Below, in pieces: positions 54,692-58,279 of a stretch of 58,279 nucleotides of DNA (the first letter of the stretch is position 1; every line of letters starts with the position of its first letter). A model generated the notes under the pieces. It was not told the origin of the DNA, searched no databases, and worked only from the letters and a program-made list of their open reading frames with translations. The stretch is from Candidatus Scatovivens sp. GTDB taxonomy: Bacteria > Bacillota > Clostridia > TANB77 > CAG-508. The stretch lies in the NCBI GenBank assembly GCA_045613965.1, contig JAZLBY010000065.1:1-58279 (forward strand), in the 5' to 3' direction. The position numbers were made by a program, and so were the translations under genes.

Positions 54692-55438
54692 GTGAATTTA
54701 AAGACTACAAAACATGAAAAAAAGAAATTAATTGAAGATAGAACAATGCAAATACTTCGTTTTTTAAATTTGAGAGTTAAAAATTCAAATATAGTTGAAC
54801 AATTAGGAATTGTATTAAGATTATATAAATACGTTGTTCAAAATATATATGAGGATTCATATGAAGAATCAGATTCTCAAAAAACAAAACAAGAAGAATA
54901 TTTGAATGAATTATATAAAGGTGTTTTAAAGAATCCTGGAGATCAAACAACTAATGCGATTTTATTAAACCATTTACTTTATATGAAAGGATTCGATACT
55001 CATATTATTCTTGCAAAATCAAAAAAAGGAGTACCTCATGTTGCAAATATTGCAAGAATTGGTAAAGAGTACTTTTTCTTTGATACAACTTTAGAAAGAA
55101 GTATTTATGTTGAACAAGGAGAAAATCCTGATGAAATGTTATTCTGCTGTGCTGCTTTAGGTAAAGAAGAATATAGTAAGTTCTATACACCTATAGAAGT
55201 TTTAAATGAAGATTTAGATAAACCAGCAGTACCATTTCCAACAGCTATGGCAGAAGAATCTATGCCAAGACAATTAATTGAAAGCGTTGTGAAGTTAATT
55301 CCTGACTTATCAATTGAAAATAATCCTGAATTTGAAAGATGTGCTTCACAAGAAGAGCCATCAGTAACAAATATGTTACCATTCATGAAAAGAAATAAAA
55401 CAAAATCAGACGATAAAGATAGGGAAAGAGAAGAATAA
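54692..55438 (+). CDS. hypothetical protein with a degenerate transglutaminase-like core
   Basis: GTG start 11 nt after aaggaagag; an ATG at 54746 is an alternative. The segment TTNAILLNHLLYMKGFDTHIILAKSKKGVPHVANIARIGKEYFFFDTTLE resembles the TGase-core layout (His and Asp positions) but lacks the nucleophile Cys. The stop overlaps the next ATG. Confidence 0.5.
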   Translation: MNLKTTKHEKKKLIEDRTMQILRFLNLRVKNSNIVEQLGIVLRLYKYVVQNIYEDSYEESDSQKTKQEEYLNELYKGVLKNPGDQTTNAILLNHLLYMKGFDTHIILAKSKKGVPHVANIARIGKEYFFFDTTLERSIYVEQGENPDEMLFCCAALGKEEYSKFYTPIEVLNEDLDKPAVPFPTAMAEESMPRQLIESVVKLIPDLSIENNPEFERCASQEEPSVTNMLPFMKRNKTKSDDKDREREE

Positions 55439-57012
55439 TGTTAAGATTAGAAAATATTAAAATTTATGAAGACTTAACTGAAGAAGATGTTGTTAAAAAA
55501 GCTTGCGAAAAGTATAATATTGATTTTTCAAAAGTAAATAATTTTGTTATTTACAAAAAATCAATAGACGCAAGAAATAAAGACAACATCTTTTATAATT
55601 ATACGATAGATGTTAATTATTTAGGAAATAAAAAGATTAAAGGTGTAAAAATAGTACCAGAAGAAAAGTATGAACTTAACGTTGATGTTAAAAGAAATTC
55701 TAAAGTAAGACCAGTTATTATTGGTGCTGGACCTGCAGGATTATTTTGCGCATTAATACTTGCTCAAAAAGGAATTAAACCTATAATAGTTGAACAAGGT
55801 AAGAAAGTTGAAGATAGAAAAAGAGATATTGATACTTTTTTAGAAACAGGTAAATTAAATATAAATTCAAATGTTCAATTTGGTGAAGGTGGAGCTGGAA
55901 CTTTTTCAGATGGTAAATTAACAACAGGAGTTAATAATCCACTTGGAAGAATTGTACTTAAAGAATTTGTTAATTTTGGTGCACCAGAACAAATAATGTA
56001 TATTAGTAAACCACATATTGGTACAGACAATTTAATAGTAACAATAGCAAATATGAGAGAACATATTATTTCTTTAGGTGGAGAGTTTTTATTTGAAACA
56101 AAACTTGTTGATTTTGAAGTTGAAAATAATTCTTTAAAGAAAGTAATTTGTAAAGATTTAAATACAAATGAAATTAAAGAAATTGAAACAGATTCTGCTG
56201 TATTTGCAATTGGACATAGTGCTAGAGATACATTTGAAAAAATGTATGAAAAAGGTTTAAAAATGGAAAAGAAAAACTTTTCTGTAGGTGTAAGAATTGA
56301 ACATAAACAATCTATGATAAATGAATCTCAATACGGAACTAAAACTAAACTTAAATTACCACCAGCAGAATATAAACTTGCATATCATGGTGAAAATAGA
56401 TCTTGTTATACATTTTGTATGTGTCCAGGTGGAGTTGTTATGGCTTCATCAAGTGAAAATGATGAGATTGTTACAAATGGTATGAGTAAATTTGCTCGTG
56501 ATGGTGAGAATGCAAATAGTGCTGTTTTAGTTAGTGTAACACCAGATGATTTTAAAGGTGATTCACCTCTTGAAGGAATTTATTTTCAAAAAGATTTAGA
56601 AAAGAAAGCGTTTGAATTAGGAGGTAGCAATTTTTATGCGCCAATTCAAACTGTTGGAGATTTTTTAAAGAATCAAAAAACAATTTCGATTGGTGAAGTA
56701 AAACCAACATACAAACCAGGAGTTACATATGCTAATTTACAAGAAATACTACCTGATTATGTTGTTAAAACAATGCAAGAAGGATTATTAGATTTTGATA
56801 GAAAAATAAAAGGTTTTGCAAGTAGTGATGCAATACTTACTGGTTTAGAAACAAGAAGTTCATCTCCTGTAACAATAGTTAGAAATGAACAACTAGAATC
56901 AAATGTGAAAGGTATATATCCTTGTGGCGAAGGTGCTGGATATGCAGGAGGTATTATGACTGCTGCTATGGATGGTATTAAGTGTGCAATTCAAATTTTA
57001 ATAAAAGAATAA
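55438..57012 (+). CDS. FAD-dependent oxidoreductase of the uncharacterised COG2509-like family
   Basis: Dinucleotide-binding motif VIIGAGPAGLFCALILAQKG, plus GGAGTFSDGKL and the C-terminal CGEGAGYAGGIMTAAMDG. Confidence 0.8.
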   Translation: MLRLENIKIYEDLTEEDVVKKACEKYNIDFSKVNNFVIYKKSIDARNKDNIFYNYTIDVNYLGNKKIKGVKIVPEEKYELNVDVKRNSKVRPVIIGAGPAGLFCALILAQKGIKPIIVEQGKKVEDRKRDIDTFLETGKLNINSNVQFGEGGAGTFSDGKLTTGVNNPLGRIVLKEFVNFGAPEQIMYISKPHIGTDNLIVTIANMREHIISLGGEFLFETKLVDFEVENNSLKKVICKDLNTNEIKEIETDSAVFAIGHSARDTFEKMYEKGLKMEKKNFSVGVRIEHKQSMINESQYGTKTKLKLPPAEYKLAYHGENRSCYTFCMCPGGVVMASSSENDEIVTNGMSKFARDGENANSAVLVSVTPDDFKGDSPLEGIYFQKDLEKKAFELGGSNFYAPIQTVGDFLKNQKTISIGEVKPTYKPGVTYANLQEILPDYVVKTMQEGLLDFDRKIKGFASSDAILTGLETRSSSPVTIVRNEQLESNVKGIYPCGEGAGYAGGIMTAAMDGIKCAIQILIKE

Positions 57013-57023
57013 AGGAGAGTATA

Positions 57024-57587
57024 ATGGAGAAATTAAGAAATTTAGTAGAAAGTTATATTCCATGTAATGAACAAGAAGAAGCTGATAAAGCAATGATGAT
57101 AGAGTATATGGATACTTTTAGTGATACTTTAACTAGAGATAATAAAGTTTGTCACTTTACTGCTTCAAGTTGGATTGTTAATAAAGAAAAAACAAAGGTA
57201 TTAATGATTTATCATAACATTTATGATTCATGGGCTTGGACTGGCGGACATTGTGACGGTGATCCTGATGTACTTCATGTAGCTTTAAAAGAAGCTGAAG
57301 AAGAAACTGGAATTAAAAATATAAATGTTTTAGATAATGGATTAGCTAGTTTAGAAATATTAACGGTTGATGGTCATGTTAAAAGAGGAAGATATGTATC
57401 ATCACATTTACATCTAAATTGTTCATTTATTTTAGAAGCTGATGAAAATGAAGTTTTACAAATAAAAGAAGACGAAAATAGTGGCGTAAAATGGGTTAAT
57501 ATTGAAGATGCTATTAGTTTAACGAATGAAACAAAAATGAAACCAATATATAAAAAATTAAATGAAAAAGTATTGAAATTAAAATAG
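57024..57587 (+). CDS. NUDIX hydrolase
   Basis: The ATG at 57024 follows aaaggaga; the ORF-track start at 56982 overlaps the upstream gene. NUDIX box GGHCDGDPDVLHVALKEAEEETGI. Confidence 0.85.
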   Translation: MEKLRNLVESYIPCNEQEEADKAMMIEYMDTFSDTLTRDNKVCHFTASSWIVNKEKTKVLMIYHNIYDSWAWTGGHCDGDPDVLHVALKEAEEETGIKNINVLDNGLASLEILTVDGHVKRGRYVSSHLHLNCSFILEADENEVLQIKEDENSGVKWVNIEDAISLTNETKMKPIYKKLNEKVLKLK

Positions 57588-57594
57588 AGGTAAT

Positions 57595-58134
57595 ATGGAA
57601 TATTTTGATGTATTAACAGAAACTGGAGAATATGAAGGTAGAATAGAATCACGTGATATTTGTCATGAAAAAGGGTTATGGCATAAAGCTGTAGCAATGT
57701 TTATGATAAATTCAAATGATGAAGTTTTACTTCAAAAAAGAAGTGCTAGTAAAAAATTATGGCCAAATATGTGGGACATAACAGCAGGTGGACATGTTTT
57801 AGCTGGTGAATTTGGTTTTGAGGCTATTATAAGAGAAATTAAAGAGGAATTAGGTGCTAAAATAGATAAAAATGATATTTTATTTATTGGTTCAGCTATT
57901 TCTACAAATATCAAAAATGATATTATTAACAGACATTTTAATGAGTTTTACATTATTAATAAAGATATAGATATTTCAAATTTAACATTACAAGAAGATG
58001 AAGTATCAGAGATAAAATGGTTCAGTAAAGAAGAAATAATTAAAAGAATTAATAATAATTATGAAGGTATTACTGATAAAACTGGCTGTTGGGATTATTT
58101 AATTAAATATTATGAATGGAAAGAAAAAAAGTAA
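57595..58134 (+). CDS. NUDIX hydrolase (Idi-like subgroup)
   Basis: NUDIX box GGHVLAGEFGFEAIIREIKEELGA, preceded by GLWHKAVAMFMIN..LLQKRS..K..WPNMWD. Confidence 0.85.
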   Translation: MEYFDVLTETGEYEGRIESRDICHEKGLWHKAVAMFMINSNDEVLLQKRSASKKLWPNMWDITAGGHVLAGEFGFEAIIREIKEELGAKIDKNDILFIGSAISTNIKNDIINRHFNEFYIINKDIDISNLTLQEDEVSEIKWFSKEEIIKRINNNYEGITDKTGCWDYLIKYYEWKEKK

Positions 58135-58164
58135 AATCAACTTTACATAATTATAAAATTAATC

Positions 58165-58193
58165 TTGACTAAATATAATAAAGAGAGTAAAAT
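58165..58193 (+). promoter_or_regulatory. rnpB promoter (TTGACT-17 nt-TAAAAT)
   Basis: -35 at 58165-58170. -10 at 58188-58193. Confidence 0.6.
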
Positions 58194-58199
58194 TAAACA

Positions 58200-58279
58200 T
58201 AGAGTAAATTGGATAGTCGCTGGTGAAATTCGAAAGGATTCACAAGAGGAAAGTCCGGGCTCCATAGAGCAATGATACT
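58200..58279 (+). ncRNA. rnpB: RNase P RNA, 5' portion (continues beyond the window end)
   Basis: Universally conserved P4 strand AGAGGAAAGTCCGGGCTCC at 58245-58263, preceded by a P1-P3-like stem-loop (gatagtcgc tggtgaaattcgaaaggattcaca). The 5' end is inferred from the promoter. Confidence 0.85.

Overview
This is a 58.3-kb chromosomal window from a very AT-rich Gram-positive genome (Firmicutes, Clostridia/Erysipelotrichia-like). A hand count over the first 100 nt of one typical gene gave about 24% G+C. I call 54 CDS, one tRNA and the 5' end of RNase P RNA; 54 of these 56 genes are on the + strand. Housekeeping content: the 3' part of thrS, helD, deoB, a solo tRNA-Leu(CAA), a type II pantothenate kinase, apt, mtnN and two NUDIX genes. 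There is also a FASII/acetyl-CoA carboxylase cluster (birA-fabD-fabG-fabF-accB-fabZ-accC-accD-accA-fabI-acpP, no fabH) bracketed by two paralogous AMP-forming acyl ligases. Accessory content: (i) A cohesin-dockerin surface-display locus. It holds a TM-anchored cohesin protein, a 1062-aa cohesin + 9x Big_2 wall protein ending in an SPHTG sorting signal, a class B sortase, and a transglutaminase-like enzyme with a C-terminal dockerin. No carbohydrate-active module is visible. (ii) Four single-gene patches of clearly higher G+C (39-50% in my hand counts) with no mobility genes nearby. Two of them encode ~75-aa CxxC-N15-CxxC proteins that flank an internally duplicated 179-aa protein. (iii) An orphan sdpR-sdpI-like pair with palindromic operators. 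(iv) An ECF sigma / anti-sigma beta-propeller pair. (v) An MBOAT + DHHW O-acyltransferase pair. (vi) An orphan promoter-plus-terminator unit upstream of helD. I saw no CRISPR array, transposase, integrase, rRNA or prophage genes. All calls come from reading the translated ORFs, motifs and hairpins by eye. No database or HMM search was possible, so family names are motif-level recognitions, not search results.
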